A stretch of 64,000 nt of DNA, taken from contig JAWAFI010000001.1 of the NCBI GenBank assembly GCA_038890615.1, positions 368,843 to 432,842 on the forward strand, given 5' to 3'. This stretch comes from Candidatus Anstonellales archaeon (GTDB taxonomy: Archaea > Micrarchaeota > Micrarchaeia > Anstonellales > J096). This document shows positions 9,152 to 18,852 of this stretch, in pieces. Positions within the stretch are counted from its first letter, which is position 1. Each line of letters starts with the position of its first letter. The notes below the pieces were generated by a model that saw only the letters and a list, made by a program, of their open reading frames with translations, was not told the DNA's origin and made no database searches. Both the position numbers and the translations under genes were made by a program.

Positions 9152-10381
9152 CTATCCCATGCTTATAATCAAGCCTTCCCCAACCTCCCTTATCCTATCC
9201 AGGCTTATCTCTATGTTGGTCCCTGTGGTGCTCTTTATTACAATCCTCTCTTTCTTAGGGTCAATCCCAACTGCGCTCCCTATGAGCATCCCATTTTGGT
9301 CTATTACTTCTTTACCAACTATGCTCATCTTAAGGAGCGCCTCTGTCCTAAGCCCTTTCACCACGCTTATGCCTACAGCAGTAACAATGCCAACTGCTAT
9401 TATGCCTATAACCAAGTCGCTGAACCCTATGTATGGCTCGCTCTCATTTGTAATCCATCTTGCAAACCAGTTTATCACGAAGTATATTGCTATTATGCCA
9501 ATGGTGTACATTCCGTAGGTGGCTATCTTGTAACTCCTGTTCTTCTCAATCAGGGCATCAACAACCCCTCCTATTATGAAAAGGAAAGCCGCCCAAGGCA
9601 TTATTATCATTGCCCCTAGCACGAACTCTCCTATCTCCTTTACTCTGTCATCACTATGGATTGCCTGCATTCCCATCCACAGAGATATTATGAAAAGGAG
9701 TAAGGAAGCCCCTCCTGCTATCCATCCAGGCCTCTCCACTGAGAACTTAAAGCTTTTCAAGCTGCTGCCAATAAGCTCATCTATGCCAAAGCCCTTCAGC
9801 AAAAGGTAGAAGCCAACTATTATCCCGACATACTGCCATGGCAGGTTGAGAAGCGTTATGGCTGAAACCACAAGTATAAAAAGCGCAGGGACTCCCAGCA
9901 AAAGCCTTGCGTAGTAGGGATCCTTCAGCTTCTCGAGCAGCACAAAGTAGGTTTTTTCAAGCTCTTTTGCTTGCTTCATCACGATGTTCTTCACTGCTTC
10001 TACCTTTACCACTGTGTTAATCATAGGCAGCACTTCTTCATCTCCCACCCCATCTCCCACTACTATTGCGCTCTCTGGCTTGAAATCATAAACAATCATG
10101 TCAAGCTGCTTCTTTATCAGCTGGTTGGCAGAGTATCCCAAGTTTTTGTGGCCTGTGAGCACTGCAATCTCAACTTCCCTACCTCCCTTCTTCAATTCAG
10201 AGTATATCTGCACTGCTGCGAACATGGCGTTTGCATCAGGCTCCTCAGGGTCTGCGATTGCCATCTTAATTGCTGCTGCCTTTACATTCTCAAGCCCAAC
10301 CACAGGCCCCCTTACCTTTGCCTTTTCAAACAAGTCATTGTCTATGTCTATGCAAAGGACAAGGGTTCTCATTGCTATCAC
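9152..10381 (-). CDS. DUF373-family membrane protein with C-terminal PRC-barrel-like domain
   Basis: LVLCIDIDND, DPEEPDANAMF, VGDGVGDE, VMKQAKELEKTY; C-terminal IVGKEVIDQNGMLIG. Confidence 0.85.
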   Translation of the reverse strand: MIAMRTLVLCIDIDNDLFEKAKVRGPVVGLENVKAAAIKMAIADPEEPDANAMFAAVQIYSELKKGGREVEIAVLTGHKNLGYSANQLIKKQLDMIVYDFKPESAIVVGDGVGDEEVLPMINTVVKVEAVKNIVMKQAKELEKTYFVLLEKLKDPYYARLLLGVPALFILVVSAITLLNLPWQYVGIIVGFYLLLKGFGIDELIGSSLKSFKFSVERPGWIAGGASLLLFIISLWMGMQAIHSDDRVKEIGEFVLGAMIIMPWAAFLFIIGGVVDALIEKNRSYKIATYGMYTIGIIAIYFVINWFARWITNESEPYIGFSDLVIGIIAVGIVTAVGISVVKGLRTEALLKMSIVGKEVIDQNGMLIGSAVGIDPKKERIVIKSTTGTNIEISLDRIREVGEGLIISMG

Positions 10382-10434
10382 TTTCTACAAAAATGCTTTT
10401 AAAGGTTGAAGGTATTAAACTTAGCGGTGATTTT

Positions 10435-10836
10435 ATGAAAACAGCATTAGATGTTGAGCCAAACATTATCATCAAAAAGGTTGCAGAAAGCCTTAAAGGC
10501 GTAATCAGCAAGCCTGCTTACATAGATTTCGTAAAGAGCGGCGCGCATGCTGAGAGGCCGCCTGAGCAAGAGGACTTTTGGTATATAAGATGCGCCTCAA
10601 TACTTAGGCATGCATATGCCAACCCGGTTGTGGGGGTCAATAGGCTAAGGAGGCATTATGGGGGCAGGAAGAACAGGGGCTTGCTCCCTGAAAAGCACAG
10701 GCCAGCAGGGGGGAAGATCATAAGGGATGCACTAAGGGCACTTGAGGCAGCAGGATTCCTTGAGAGGGCTGAGCATGGGAGGAAGCTAAGCGCAAAAGGC
10801 AGGAGCTTCCTTGACAAGGTGGCGAAAGAAGCATGA
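10435..10836 (+). CDS. rps19e: 30S ribosomal protein S19e
   Basis: FVKSGAHAERPPEQEDFWYIRCASILR, YGGRKNRG, GRSFLDKVA. Confidence 0.97.
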   Translation: MKTALDVEPNIIIKKVAESLKGVISKPAYIDFVKSGAHAERPPEQEDFWYIRCASILRHAYANPVVGVNRLRRHYGGRKNRGLLPEKHRPAGGKIIRDALRALEAAGFLERAEHGRKLSAKGRSFLDKVAKEA

Positions 10837-11090
10837 GCGAGATTGATGAATCTTTAAGAAAAGAGATGCAGCTCAAGGCATTGCTAAGGCAATGCTTGGA
10901 GAATGATGCTTATGAAAGGCTTATGAATGTGAGGCTTGCGAATGAGGAGCTTTACCTAACCTCTTCTGAAGTGGTCATAGCCAATTCAAGGAGGCTTGGC
11001 AGGAAGCTCAATGATGCAGAGATGCTTACCATTCTAAGGCGCCTGAAGGGGCCAAAGCAAAGCGGCTCCATCAATATAAGGAGAAGATGA
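10833..11090 (+). CDS. DNA-binding protein, PDCD5/TFAR19 family
   Basis: LRQCLENDAYERLMNVRLAN...INIRRR; conserved position after rps19e. Confidence 0.85.
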   Translation: MSEIDESLRKEMQLKALLRQCLENDAYERLMNVRLANEELYLTSSEVVIANSRRLGRKLNDAEMLTILRRLKGPKQSGSINIRRR

Positions 11091-11094
11091 TTTT

Positions 11095-11247
11095 ATGGCA
11101 AAAGACCTTAAGACAAAAATGAGGCTTGCAAAAGCTGCAAGAAGGACAAAAGGGCTTTCAAATTTCGTTTTAGTAAGGACAAGGAGAAGAATAAAGAGTG
11201 CAGGGAAGCGAAGACATTGGAAAGGCCCAAAGCTTAAGCTAAGGTGA
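11095..11247 (+). CDS. rpl39e: 50S ribosomal protein L39e (50 aa, not in ORF track)
   Basis: MAKDLKTKMRLAKAARRTKGLSNFVLVRTRRRIKSAGKRRHWKGPKLKLR; syntenic position. Confidence 0.9.
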   Translation: MAKDLKTKMRLAKAARRTKGLSNFVLVRTRRRIKSAGKRRHWKGPKLKLR

Positions 11248-11251
11248 TGCT

Positions 11252-11647
11252 ATGGAAGAGCGCATTTACACAATAAGCCTGAGGGAGGCATTCAGCCACA
11301 GCAGGGCAAAAAAGGCAGAAAGGGCTGTTAAAGAGATAAAGGAATACTTAAAGAAGCACACTAAGAAGGAAAAGGTGTCTATAAGCAATGCAATATCGCA
11401 GGCGGTCTATGCAAGGGGCTACAAGAAGTGCCCAAGGAAAGTCAAAGTAATAGTCAGAATAGAAGAAGATTCTGCAAAGGCCTACCTGTTCGGGGAAGAG
11501 CCCAAAAAGGAAGAGCCAAAGAAAGAGAAAAAAGAGGAGAAGCCTGAAGGCAAGGAAGAGCCCAAAAAGGAAGAGCCAAAGAAAGAGGAGCCCAAGGAAG
11601 GGGCAAAAAGCAAGGCAGAAAATAAGCAAGCAAAGAGCTCCACATGA
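11252..11647 (+). CDS. rpl31e: 50S ribosomal protein L31e with EEPKK-repeat tail
   Basis: ERIYTISLR, KAERAVKEIKEYLKKH, RG...PRKVKV. Confidence 0.95.
   Translation: MEERIYTISLREAFSHSRAKKAERAVKEIKEYLKKHTKKEKVSISNAISQAVYARGYKKCPRKVKVIVRIEEDSAKAYLFGEEPKKEEPKKEKKEEKPEGKEEPKKEEPKKEEPKEGAKSKAENKQAKSST
11494..11587 (+). repeat. 34-bp exact direct repeat (60-bp period) in the rpl31e tail
   Basis: GGAAGAGCCCAAAAAGGAAGAGCCAAAGAAAGAG at 11494-11527 and 11554-11587. Confidence 0.85.
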
Positions 11648-12288
11648 AGCTGTCCTACTTCAGGAACGAGAATATAGGGCTCTACTTTTTCACCAATGAC
11701 AGGGTTACTATTGCCCCTCCTGCACTGCCTGAAAAGGATGCAGAGGCGATAGGCAGGAGGCTTGGCACCAAGGTAGTGCGCACCGAGGTATGCGGAAGCG
11801 ATTTTATAGGTATTTACTGCGCAGGCAACAACAACGGCATAATAATCCCAGAAATGGCAACAAAAGAAGAGGCAGGATCCATTGAAGGGGTTGAGGTATT
11901 CCAAATAAGGAGCAGGGCAAATGCATTTGGCAACAACATAGCTGCAAACTCTAAGGTTGCCCTAGTTGGCCCAGTATACAATTCAAAGGAGAAGGAAGCA
12001 ATAAGGGATGCGCTTGATGTAGAAGTAATAGAGGTTGACTTAGCTGGCTACCCTACAGTAGGGTCTCTTATAAGGATGAACGATACCGCCTTCCTTCTGG
12101 GCTACAAGGCAGAGGAAGAGATTGATCATCTTAAGGAAATTCTTGGCATGGAGGGAAAGGCTGGCTCTGTGAACATGGGTTCGCCAATAATAAAATTAGG
12201 TTGCGTTGTAAACAACAAAGCTTATATAGCAGGATCTGCCTGCTCTGGGGTCGAGATCGGTACCATGGAAGAGGTGTTTATGCTATGA
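11644..12288 (+). CDS. eif6: Translation initiation factor 6 (aIF6)
   Basis: NENIGLY, GSDFIGIYCAGNNNGII, GNNIAAN, GSVNMGSP, SGVEI. Confidence 0.95.
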   Translation: MKLSYFRNENIGLYFFTNDRVTIAPPALPEKDAEAIGRRLGTKVVRTEVCGSDFIGIYCAGNNNGIIIPEMATKEEAGSIEGVEVFQIRSRANAFGNNIAANSKVALVGPVYNSKEKEAIRDALDVEVIEVDLAGYPTVGSLIRMNDTAFLLGYKAEEEIDHLKEILGMEGKAGSVNMGSPIIKLGCVVNNKAYIAGSACSGVEIGTMEEVFML

Positions 12289-12593
12289 TACAATACGCTG
12301 ATTTCGCAAAGCTCGAGCTGGTTGTCGCGAAGGTCTTAAGCGTGGAAGATGTGGAAGGCGCTGACAGGCTCTACAAGCTTACCCTTGACATAGGCGGCTC
12401 AACTGCTACTGTTGTGGCTGGGATAAAGGGCTTCTATAAAAAAGAGGAGCTTTTAGGCAAGCAGCTTGTATTGCTAAAGAACCTTGAGCCGCGAATAGTA
12501 AAAGGAATAAAATCAGAAGGCATGATACTGGCTACTGCTGGGTCTGTAATAACCCTGGACAGGGAGCAGCGCCCAGGGGAAAGGGTGATGTGA
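12285..12593 (+). CDS. Stand-alone tRNA-binding OB-fold protein (Trbp111/MetG-C/CsaA-like)
   Basis: IQYADFAKLEL, ADRLYKL, VVAGI, NLEPR...GIKSEGMILA. Confidence 0.9.
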   Translation: MIQYADFAKLELVVAKVLSVEDVEGADRLYKLTLDIGGSTATVVAGIKGFYKKEELLGKQLVLLKNLEPRIVKGIKSEGMILATAGSVITLDREQRPGERVM

Positions 12594-12749
12594 ATGAAAG
12601 TAAAAGGGTTTTTTAAAAAGCTAAAAAAGAGGTTCGAGATTGAGGTGGATGCAAAATCAAAGAAGGAGGCAATGGAAAAGGCCTATTCTTACTTCGGCTC
12701 AAAGATGGGCATGAAGAGAGGAACAGTTGAGATAACAGAGGTGGCATGA
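12594..12749 (+). CDS. rplX: 50S ribosomal protein LX/L18Ae (eL20) (51 aa, not in ORF track)
   Basis: MKVKGFF...FEIEVDAKSKKEAMEKAYSYFGSKMGMKRGTVEITEV; between eif6 and pfdA. Confidence 0.85.
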   Translation: MKVKGFFKKLKKRFEIEVDAKSKKEAMEKAYSYFGSKMGMKRGTVEITEVA

Positions 12750-13133
12750 ATGCAGAGCATAGAGCAGGAGTACCAAGTGCTCCTAAGCCAGAGGTCTGTT
12801 TTTGCCTCTGAGCTTGAGAACCTTGCCTCGCTTTTGGCAGTGCTTAGCGGAGCAGCTGTATCGCTTGAGGAAATGAAGAACAGCGCCTGGGTCTCGCTTG
12901 GGGCGCAAGCAGGTTTCATACTTGCAAAGGAGATAAGCGATGAGGTCCTTGTGCCAGTTGGCTTCCGCTTCTACTTGAAAATGCCAAAGGCTTCTGCCAA
13001 AGAAAAGATAGAGAAAAGGGTTAATCAAGTAAGGAAGGCAATAGCCAAGCTTAATGAAGAGGTGGAGAAGATTGAGAGGCGCATGCTTGAGATGCGCAAA
13101 GAGGCGCTGAAGGCGAGAAAAGGAGATGTTTGA
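12750..13133 (+). CDS. pfdA: Prefoldin subunit alpha
   Basis: Coiled coils flanking VSLG...DEVLVPVG..FYL hairpins; synteny before ftsY. Confidence 0.85.
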   Translation: MQSIEQEYQVLLSQRSVFASELENLASLLAVLSGAAVSLEEMKNSAWVSLGAQAGFILAKEISDEVLVPVGFRFYLKMPKASAKEKIEKRVNQVRKAIAKLNEEVEKIERRMLEMRKEALKARKGDV

Positions 13134-14103
13134 CCTACTCAAGAAGCATATAAGCAACTTTGTTGAAGGCGCAAAAGAGTTCATTGGTGAGAAGAAAAAA
13201 GAGGTTAGCCAGGAAGTTGCAGCAAAAGTAGCCACAATAGGGAAAGGGGTAAAGGAAATAGCCACTGGGGAGCTTGAGATAGAGGAAAAGGACTTAGAGC
13301 CCCATCTGCGCGAGCTTGAGATAAGCCTGCTCTCCTCAAATGTTGCCCAAGAAGCAGTGCAGCAGGTCATTTCAGACCTGAAGAAAGACTTGGTGGGCAG
13401 GAAGCTCAAAAAAGCAGAATTGAACTCTGTTGTAAAGGCATCCCTTCGCTCATCGTTTGAACGTCTCCTTATGAAGGAGCGCCCCCTGATAAAAGATTTC
13501 ATCAAGGGCAAGCCTTCTGTAATCCTTTTCTTTGGCCCAAATGGCACTGGCAAAACAACAACAATAGCAAAGGTTGCCCTTCTCCTAAAGGAGCAAGGCT
13601 ATAACCCAGTAATTGCTGCAGCAGACACATTCCGTGCTGCTGCAATAGAGCAGCTTGAGAAGCACGGAGCCAACATAGATGTCAAAGTTATAAAGAGCAA
13701 GTATGGCGCTGACCCTGCTTCTGTTGCTTACACTGCCAAGCAGTATGCAATTGCCCATTCCTGCGATGTGGTGCTTGTTGACACAGCAGGGAGGCAGGAC
13801 CTTAACAGGAACCTCATGAAGGAGCTTGCGAAGATAGCTAGGGTTTCTTCCCCCGATGCTAAGTTTTACATAGGTGAAAGCATTACAGGCAATGCGATAG
13901 TTGAGCAGGTGAATGCATTCAACAAAGAGATAAAGATTGATGGTGTAATCCTGACCAAGGTCGACTTAGACCGGAAAGGCGGCAGCGTAATATCTGTTGA
14001 GAAGGCTACAGGGGTCCCGATCCTATATGTGACAAACGGCCAGGGCTACAAAGACATAGAGCCTTTTGATGGGAAAAAATACATTGACCTTTTGCTGCCA
14101 TAA
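13126..14103 (+). CDS. ftsY: SRP receptor FtsY
   Basis: GPNGTGKTTTIAK, DTFRAAAIEQL, DTAGR, TKVD, GQGY. Confidence 0.97.
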   Translation: MFDLLKKHISNFVEGAKEFIGEKKKEVSQEVAAKVATIGKGVKEIATGELEIEEKDLEPHLRELEISLLSSNVAQEAVQQVISDLKKDLVGRKLKKAELNSVVKASLRSSFERLLMKERPLIKDFIKGKPSVILFFGPNGTGKTTTIAKVALLLKEQGYNPVIAAADTFRAAAIEQLEKHGANIDVKVIKSKYGADPASVAYTAKQYAIAHSCDVVLVDTAGRQDLNRNLMKELAKIARVSSPDAKFYIGESITGNAIVEQVNAFNKEIKIDGVILTKVDLDRKGGSVISVEKATGVPILYVTNGQGYKDIEPFDGKKYIDLLLP

Positions 14104-14172
14104 AATACCTCTTTGGTTGCCACTAAATTGTTTTTGGCAAAGATATTTAAACCACCCATGCAAATAGCTCCC

Positions 14173-15171
14173 ATGAAAAAACAGCCTTCACGAGAAAGCA
14201 CAAGCCAGCAAGAGAGCGTTATGCTCGCAGGGGCGCTCCTCGTTGGTGTTGTGCTTGGGATTGCAATAGGTTACGGTGTTTTTGTTCTTATGGCACCGCC
14301 ACAGCAGCAAATCACCCAAACAACTGCAAACAACACAACTTCCTTCCAGATAAGCAACGCAAAGATCCAAGAGCAGCTGGGCTACTTTGAGGAATACTAT
14401 GCACTAATGGGCCAGAAAATAAAGTTCACCCTTGTCTCAGCAAAGCTTAACCAAGAGGGTTTGATAGAGGCTTCTGTAAAGGAGGCAACAACAGGGCAAG
14501 AAATAACATTCTACTTTACCCAGAAATACAACTTTGTGCCCCAAGGGCCTGTAAACCTAAAGGAAGTGCTTGACCAGATAAAGCAGCAGTTTGTCATACC
14601 AACAGCAGAAAAGCCAGTGGTTAAGCTCTTCATAATGAGCTACTGCCCGTACGGCAACATAGCTGAGAATGCCATAAAGGACGTGATTCTCCTCTTAGAC
14701 AACAAGATTGATTTTGAGCCAGTTTATATAATTTCAGGGAGCAACGGCAACTACCAATCCCTGCATGGGGTAAACGAGCTGAACCAAGACATAAGGGAGA
14801 AGCTAATCTACAAAGAGTATGGCTCAAAGGTTTGGATGGAATACGTATATGCTGTGAATGCCCAATGCTCTCTAGACACAATTGAGACCTGCTGGAAAGA
14901 AGTAGCTGATTCAATGGGTATTGATTCTTCAAAGATACAGCAGAGGTACGATTCTGAGTTCAATGCAATTGCTGATGAAGAAGTGCAGAAGACCATTAGC
15001 TACCAAGTAACTGGCTCCCCAACGCTGCTAATAAACGGGAAGCCGTACAATGGGCAAAGGTCTGCAAGTGCATACTTGGAAGGGATATGCTCTGGCTTCA
15101 ATAACCCGCCTTCAGAGTGCAGCGCAGAGCTTAGCGGGGCAACATCAGCACCTTCAGGCAGCTGCGGCTGA
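14173..15171 (+). CDS. Membrane-anchored DsbA/thioredoxin-fold protein
   Basis: N-terminal TM; KLFIMSYCPYG; SLHG..E; VTGSPTLLING cis-Pro loop; start chosen after TATA-like ATATTTAAA. Confidence 0.8.
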   Translation: MKKQPSRESTSQQESVMLAGALLVGVVLGIAIGYGVFVLMAPPQQQITQTTANNTTSFQISNAKIQEQLGYFEEYYALMGQKIKFTLVSAKLNQEGLIEASVKEATTGQEITFYFTQKYNFVPQGPVNLKEVLDQIKQQFVIPTAEKPVVKLFIMSYCPYGNIAENAIKDVILLLDNKIDFEPVYIISGSNGNYQSLHGVNELNQDIREKLIYKEYGSKVWMEYVYAVNAQCSLDTIETCWKEVADSMGIDSSKIQQRYDSEFNAIADEEVQKTISYQVTGSPTLLINGKPYNGQRSASAYLEGICSGFNNPPSECSAELSGATSAPSGSCG

Positions 15172-15213
15172 GCCAAAGCCTAACCTTTTAAACTATTTTC
15201 CCCTTTTTCTTGC

Positions 15214-15873
15214 ATGCACTTGGCTTTTATACCAGATGGCAATAGAAGGTGGGCTGCAAGCAAGGGCCTCAAGCTTGCAGAGGCATATGAGGTTGGCATA
15301 AAAAAAGTCAAGGATGTTGCAGAGTGGTCGCTAAAGCACGGCGCAGACCAGGTTAGCTTCTGGGGGTTCTCAACAGACAACTTCAACCGCTCAGAGTCAG
15401 AAAAGGCGCAGTTGTTTGCCCTTTTCAGGCGCTTCCTGATGCAGGTTGTTGAGGAGCTTTCAGAGACAGATAAGGTATCAATCCTATTCACTGGGGACAT
15501 TGACAGGTTCCCAAAGGACATTGCAGACATGATGCGGGATGTTATGAGCCGCACAAAAGGCAGGTCAAAAATAATAAACATATACGCTGCTTATGGGGGG
15601 CGCGAAGAGATAGCGCAAGCAGCTGCAAACCTCTCAAAGCAGGGAAAGGAGATAACCGTTGAATCAATCTCAAAAGAGATAAGCCCCATGCTTTCTGACA
15701 TAGACATCATAGTGCGCACTTCTGGGGAGAAAAGGTTCAGCAACTTTGCCCTCTGGAAGGGGGCATACGCTGAATTCGTGTTCCTTGACAAGTACTGGCC
15801 TGAGCTGACAGAGCAGGACATAGAAAAGATATTTGCTGACTTCAAAAGCAGGGAAAGGAGGTTTGGAAAGTGA
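15214..15873 (+). CDS. uppS: cis-prenyltransferase (polyprenyl diphosphate synthase)
   Basis: HLAFIPDGNRRWA, FSTDNFNR, YGGREEI, RTSGEKRFSNF, YWP, RRFGK. Confidence 0.95.
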   Translation: MHLAFIPDGNRRWAASKGLKLAEAYEVGIKKVKDVAEWSLKHGADQVSFWGFSTDNFNRSESEKAQLFALFRRFLMQVVEELSETDKVSILFTGDIDRFPKDIADMMRDVMSRTKGRSKIINIYAAYGGREEIAQAAANLSKQGKEITVESISKEISPMLSDIDIIVRTSGEKRFSNFALWKGAYAEFVFLDKYWPELTEQDIEKIFADFKSRERRFGK

Positions 15874-16211
15874 AGGCACTTGGCAAGCTGATGAACTTGA
15901 CAAAGGGTTCGCTTATTGCAAAGGAATGCTTCTTGGTTGAAACAAATTTTGAGAGGGCAAGGGGTCTTATGTTCAGCCAAAAGAAATGCTTGGTTTTCAA
16001 ATGCGATGGCTTCCTTCCAGTCCATTCGTTCTTTGTGTTCTTCCCAATAACTTTGCTCTACATAAAAAAAAGGAGGGTTGTGGAGAAGCACCTCCTAATG
16101 CCTTTTACAGCGCATTACAAGAATAGCCACCCCGCAGAATACATGATTGAAGTGCCTGGGGAATGCAACGCAAAAAAGGGCGATAGGGTTGCTTGGGTGG
16201 AAGATAGTTGA
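15870..16211 (+). CDS. DUF192-family protein
   Basis: FERARGLMF, VHSFFVFFPI, YMIEVP, KKGDRV. Confidence 0.8.
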   Translation: MKALGKLMNLTKGSLIAKECFLVETNFERARGLMFSQKKCLVFKCDGFLPVHSFFVFFPITLLYIKKRRVVEKHLLMPFTAHYKNSHPAEYMIEVPGECNAKKGDRVAWVEDS

Positions 16212-17484
16212 GCAAGGGGCTTATAGGATCCCGCTAAAGGCCTTAAGCAGTGATGAAGAGGGCCTTCTCTCAACATTCCTTTCAAATGTTTCGCTCCAAG
16301 AATCAGAGCTTTCTTCAATAAAGGCAGAGCTTGACTCATTTGCCCATTCTCAGGGAATATACCTTGACCATGGCCAGCTTGGCTACCTTTCAGAATACCT
16401 TTTCCACCATGTATTCGGCTTTGCCTTCCTAGATTTCCTGCTAAAGGACGATTCAATAGAGGAGATAAGCATACCTCAGGTAGGCAAGAACGCATATGTT
16501 TTCATAAGGAAGAAGGGATGGCAGAAGGTCAACGCAATGTTTACAACAGAAGAGGCAGTTATGGAAACAGCCAACAAGATGGCGAAGTCATGCGGAAGGC
16601 GCATAACCTACAAGAGCCCTCGGCTTGATGCAGTGCTGCCAGATGGCTCGCGCCTGCATGCCTCCTTATTCCCAATCTCAGGGGGTGAGCTGACAATAAG
16701 GAAGTTCAGGCAAAGCCCGTTCTCCCCCCACGAGCTTTTCTCCTCTTCTACCTATCCTCTTGAAGCGCTTTCATTCCTTTCCTTCGTATTCCAGTCAGAC
16801 CTTTCAATACTCATTGCAGGCAACACAGCAAGCGGTAAAACGACTTCTTTAAACTCCTTCTTCTCATATGTGCCCCTGAATGAACGGGTTGTTATTACTG
16901 AGCAAACCCCAGAGATAAACATACCCCATGAGCACGTAGTCCGCCTTGTTGCAAGCCCTGAATCAGGGGTGGGAATGAGCGACATAATATACGACACTTT
17001 CAGGATGAGGCCTGACCGCCTTATAGTAGGGGAAGCAAGGAGCGCCCAAGAAGTCAATGCCTTGTTTGATTCCCTGCTCGCAGGTCAGGCGAGGGGTTGC
17101 TATGCAACATTCCACGCAAACAGCTCATCAGAGGCTCTCAAGCGCCTCTCCCTCTTGGGAATCTCGGAGCTTGACCTTAAGGCAATAGATTTGGTTGTTG
17201 TGCAGAAAAGGATGCTCCGCTATGACCCAAAAGAGCGGAAGAATGCCGAGCTAAGGAGGATGCTTGAGATTTTTGATGTCAAGGAAGGCAAGCAGGTGTT
17301 TATGTTCAACGGAAAAGGATGGAAAGAGAGAAGCACCCTTTCTCTCAGCCGAATCTCCTCCTCGCTTGGGATAACAGCAAAGGAGCTTTCAGCCCAAAGA
17401 AAGGCAAGGGAATCTTTCATAAGGAAGCAAAGGGATTTCAGCAGCTTCGTAAGCGCCTTCCAGAAGGAATTCTATGGACTATAA
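16147..17484 (+). CDS. Type II/IV secretion / pilus assembly ATPase (TadA/CpaF/VirB11-like); true start may be TTG 16189
   Basis: LPDGSRL, LTIRKF, Walker A GNTASGKTT, RMRPDRLIVGEAR, TFHANS. Confidence 0.9.
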   Translation: MKCLGNATQKRAIGLLGWKIVEQGAYRIPLKALSSDEEGLLSTFLSNVSLQESELSSIKAELDSFAHSQGIYLDHGQLGYLSEYLFHHVFGFAFLDFLLKDDSIEEISIPQVGKNAYVFIRKKGWQKVNAMFTTEEAVMETANKMAKSCGRRITYKSPRLDAVLPDGSRLHASLFPISGGELTIRKFRQSPFSPHELFSSSTYPLEALSFLSFVFQSDLSILIAGNTASGKTTSLNSFFSYVPLNERVVITEQTPEINIPHEHVVRLVASPESGVGMSDIIYDTFRMRPDRLIVGEARSAQEVNALFDSLLAGQARGCYATFHANSSSEALKRLSLLGISELDLKAIDLVVVQKRMLRYDPKERKNAELRRMLEIFDVKEGKQVFMFNGKGWKERSTLSLSRISSSLGITAKELSAQRKARESFIRKQRDFSSFVSAFQKEFYGL

Positions 17485-18847
17485 GGCCCCTCTCTCGTTT
17501 TTGGTTTCCATAGCAATACTCTCCCTTCTGCTCCCGCTCTCGCTCTCTTTCCTTTTCTCATCCATAATAGCCCTCATCGTGCACCAATACCCTCGGATGA
17601 AGGCAAGGGAGAAAGAGGCATTAATAGAGGCAGAGCTTCCTTATTTCTTAAGGCAGCTTGGCACATTCCTTTCGCTCGGAATCACATTCGAGAGGGCTTT
17701 GTCCAAAAGCCTCACCCCTTCGCTTGCAGAAGCCCTTAAAGGGGTAGAGCAGGCAAAAAACCTCCCTCTTTTCCTTTCAGCAAAATCATCTTCTTTTGAA
17801 TCGCTCCAGATAAGGAGGGCTCTTGCGCAGGTGGTTAATGCTTACCTCCATGGCTCAGGCAAGGAGCTAATTTCGCTTGGCAACGAGATGGCGGGCTACA
17901 TGCTCTTCTCCCTAAAGGAGAGCAGCTCAAGGATAACAACAATAGGGCTCATCTATGTTGTTGCCCTTTCTGTTGTACCAACATTCCTTATCATCCTCTC
18001 ATCTGTTTCTGGCTACCTTGAGTTCTCAATAAGCCCTGAGCTCCTTTGGGTCCTTCTAATGCTTGCTGTGCCTTGCCTTGCGTTTGCAATCCTTATGCTT
18101 GCAATAGCCTCTTCCCCACCCCATCCATTCTCCCCAAAACAAGTGAATTACTACCCCCTCCTGCTTGCTCCTGTTGCGGTTGCCTTTCCTTCATTCTCCC
18201 TGCTGTGGGCAGCGATGGGGGCGTTCTACTTTTTATATGCCTTCCTGTCAGCCCAAAAAGCAGAGGATTATTCTGACCTTTCATCTGCCCTGCTTTCTGC
18301 TTCTGCGCTCAAGGGAAGGCCTGCTCAGGAAATACTAAATGCACTTAGCACCTCAAAGTTTTTTTCAGGCATAAAAGCCCACTCCTCAAAAGACATTGGG
18401 CGGGCAATAAGGGAATTCATAAGGGGCAAGGAGGAGGTTGTTGTGCGGGTGGGTGAGCTTCTTGAGGGCGCCTACACTGCTGGCTCTGACATGGCAGATG
18501 CCTGCGGCCACTCTGCATCTGACATACTCCGCTACCTTGAATACAGGAGGGAGCTCATCTCCTCCCTTGGCATGCAGAAGTACACCATCCTTCTTGGCGC
18601 CCTGCTTATCCCTCTTATTTTATACATGGCCAATTCACTTTCCTTAAACCTCGGCTCTTATTTGGGCGAGCAGTGGGGGCCAAAGGAAGAGCTTATAGGA
18701 GCTTACTTGGTTATCTACTCCTCCTTGAGCTCATTCTACATCCCTTCTGTTTCAATGGAAAAAAAGGAAGCAGCAGCCCTTTCAGCATTCCTTTTCATAG
18801 CCCCTGCTCTTTCATTCTTTCTCCTAAGCCTTTTAAAGCCATTCTGA
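17474..18847 (+). CDS. Type II secretion F / TadC-like pilus platform membrane protein
   Basis: IEAELPYFLRQL...GITFERAL, two T2SF-like repeats, many TMs, follows ATPase. Confidence 0.8.
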   Translation: MDYKAPLSFLVSIAILSLLLPLSLSFLFSSIIALIVHQYPRMKAREKEALIEAELPYFLRQLGTFLSLGITFERALSKSLTPSLAEALKGVEQAKNLPLFLSAKSSSFESLQIRRALAQVVNAYLHGSGKELISLGNEMAGYMLFSLKESSSRITTIGLIYVVALSVVPTFLIILSSVSGYLEFSISPELLWVLLMLAVPCLAFAILMLAIASSPPHPFSPKQVNYYPLLLAPVAVAFPSFSLLWAAMGAFYFLYAFLSAQKAEDYSDLSSALLSASALKGRPAQEILNALSTSKFFSGIKAHSSKDIGRAIREFIRGKEEVVVRVGELLEGAYTAGSDMADACGHSASDILRYLEYRRELISSLGMQKYTILLGALLIPLILYMANSLSLNLGSYLGEQWGPKEELIGAYLVIYSSLSSFYIPSVSMEKKEAAALSAFLFIAPALSFFLLSLLKPF

Positions 18848-18852
18848 GCTTT

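Noticed and set aside
11494..11587. CRISPR-like repeat-spacer-repeat
   Set aside because: Only two copies, in frame within rpl31e encoding EEPKK repeats, and no cas genes
12783..13553. Long antisense ORFs (also 29185-29796, 44478-45098, 45862-46473, 49319-49939, 57199-57783)
   Set aside because: Antisense to well-supported genes with composition typical of shadow frames
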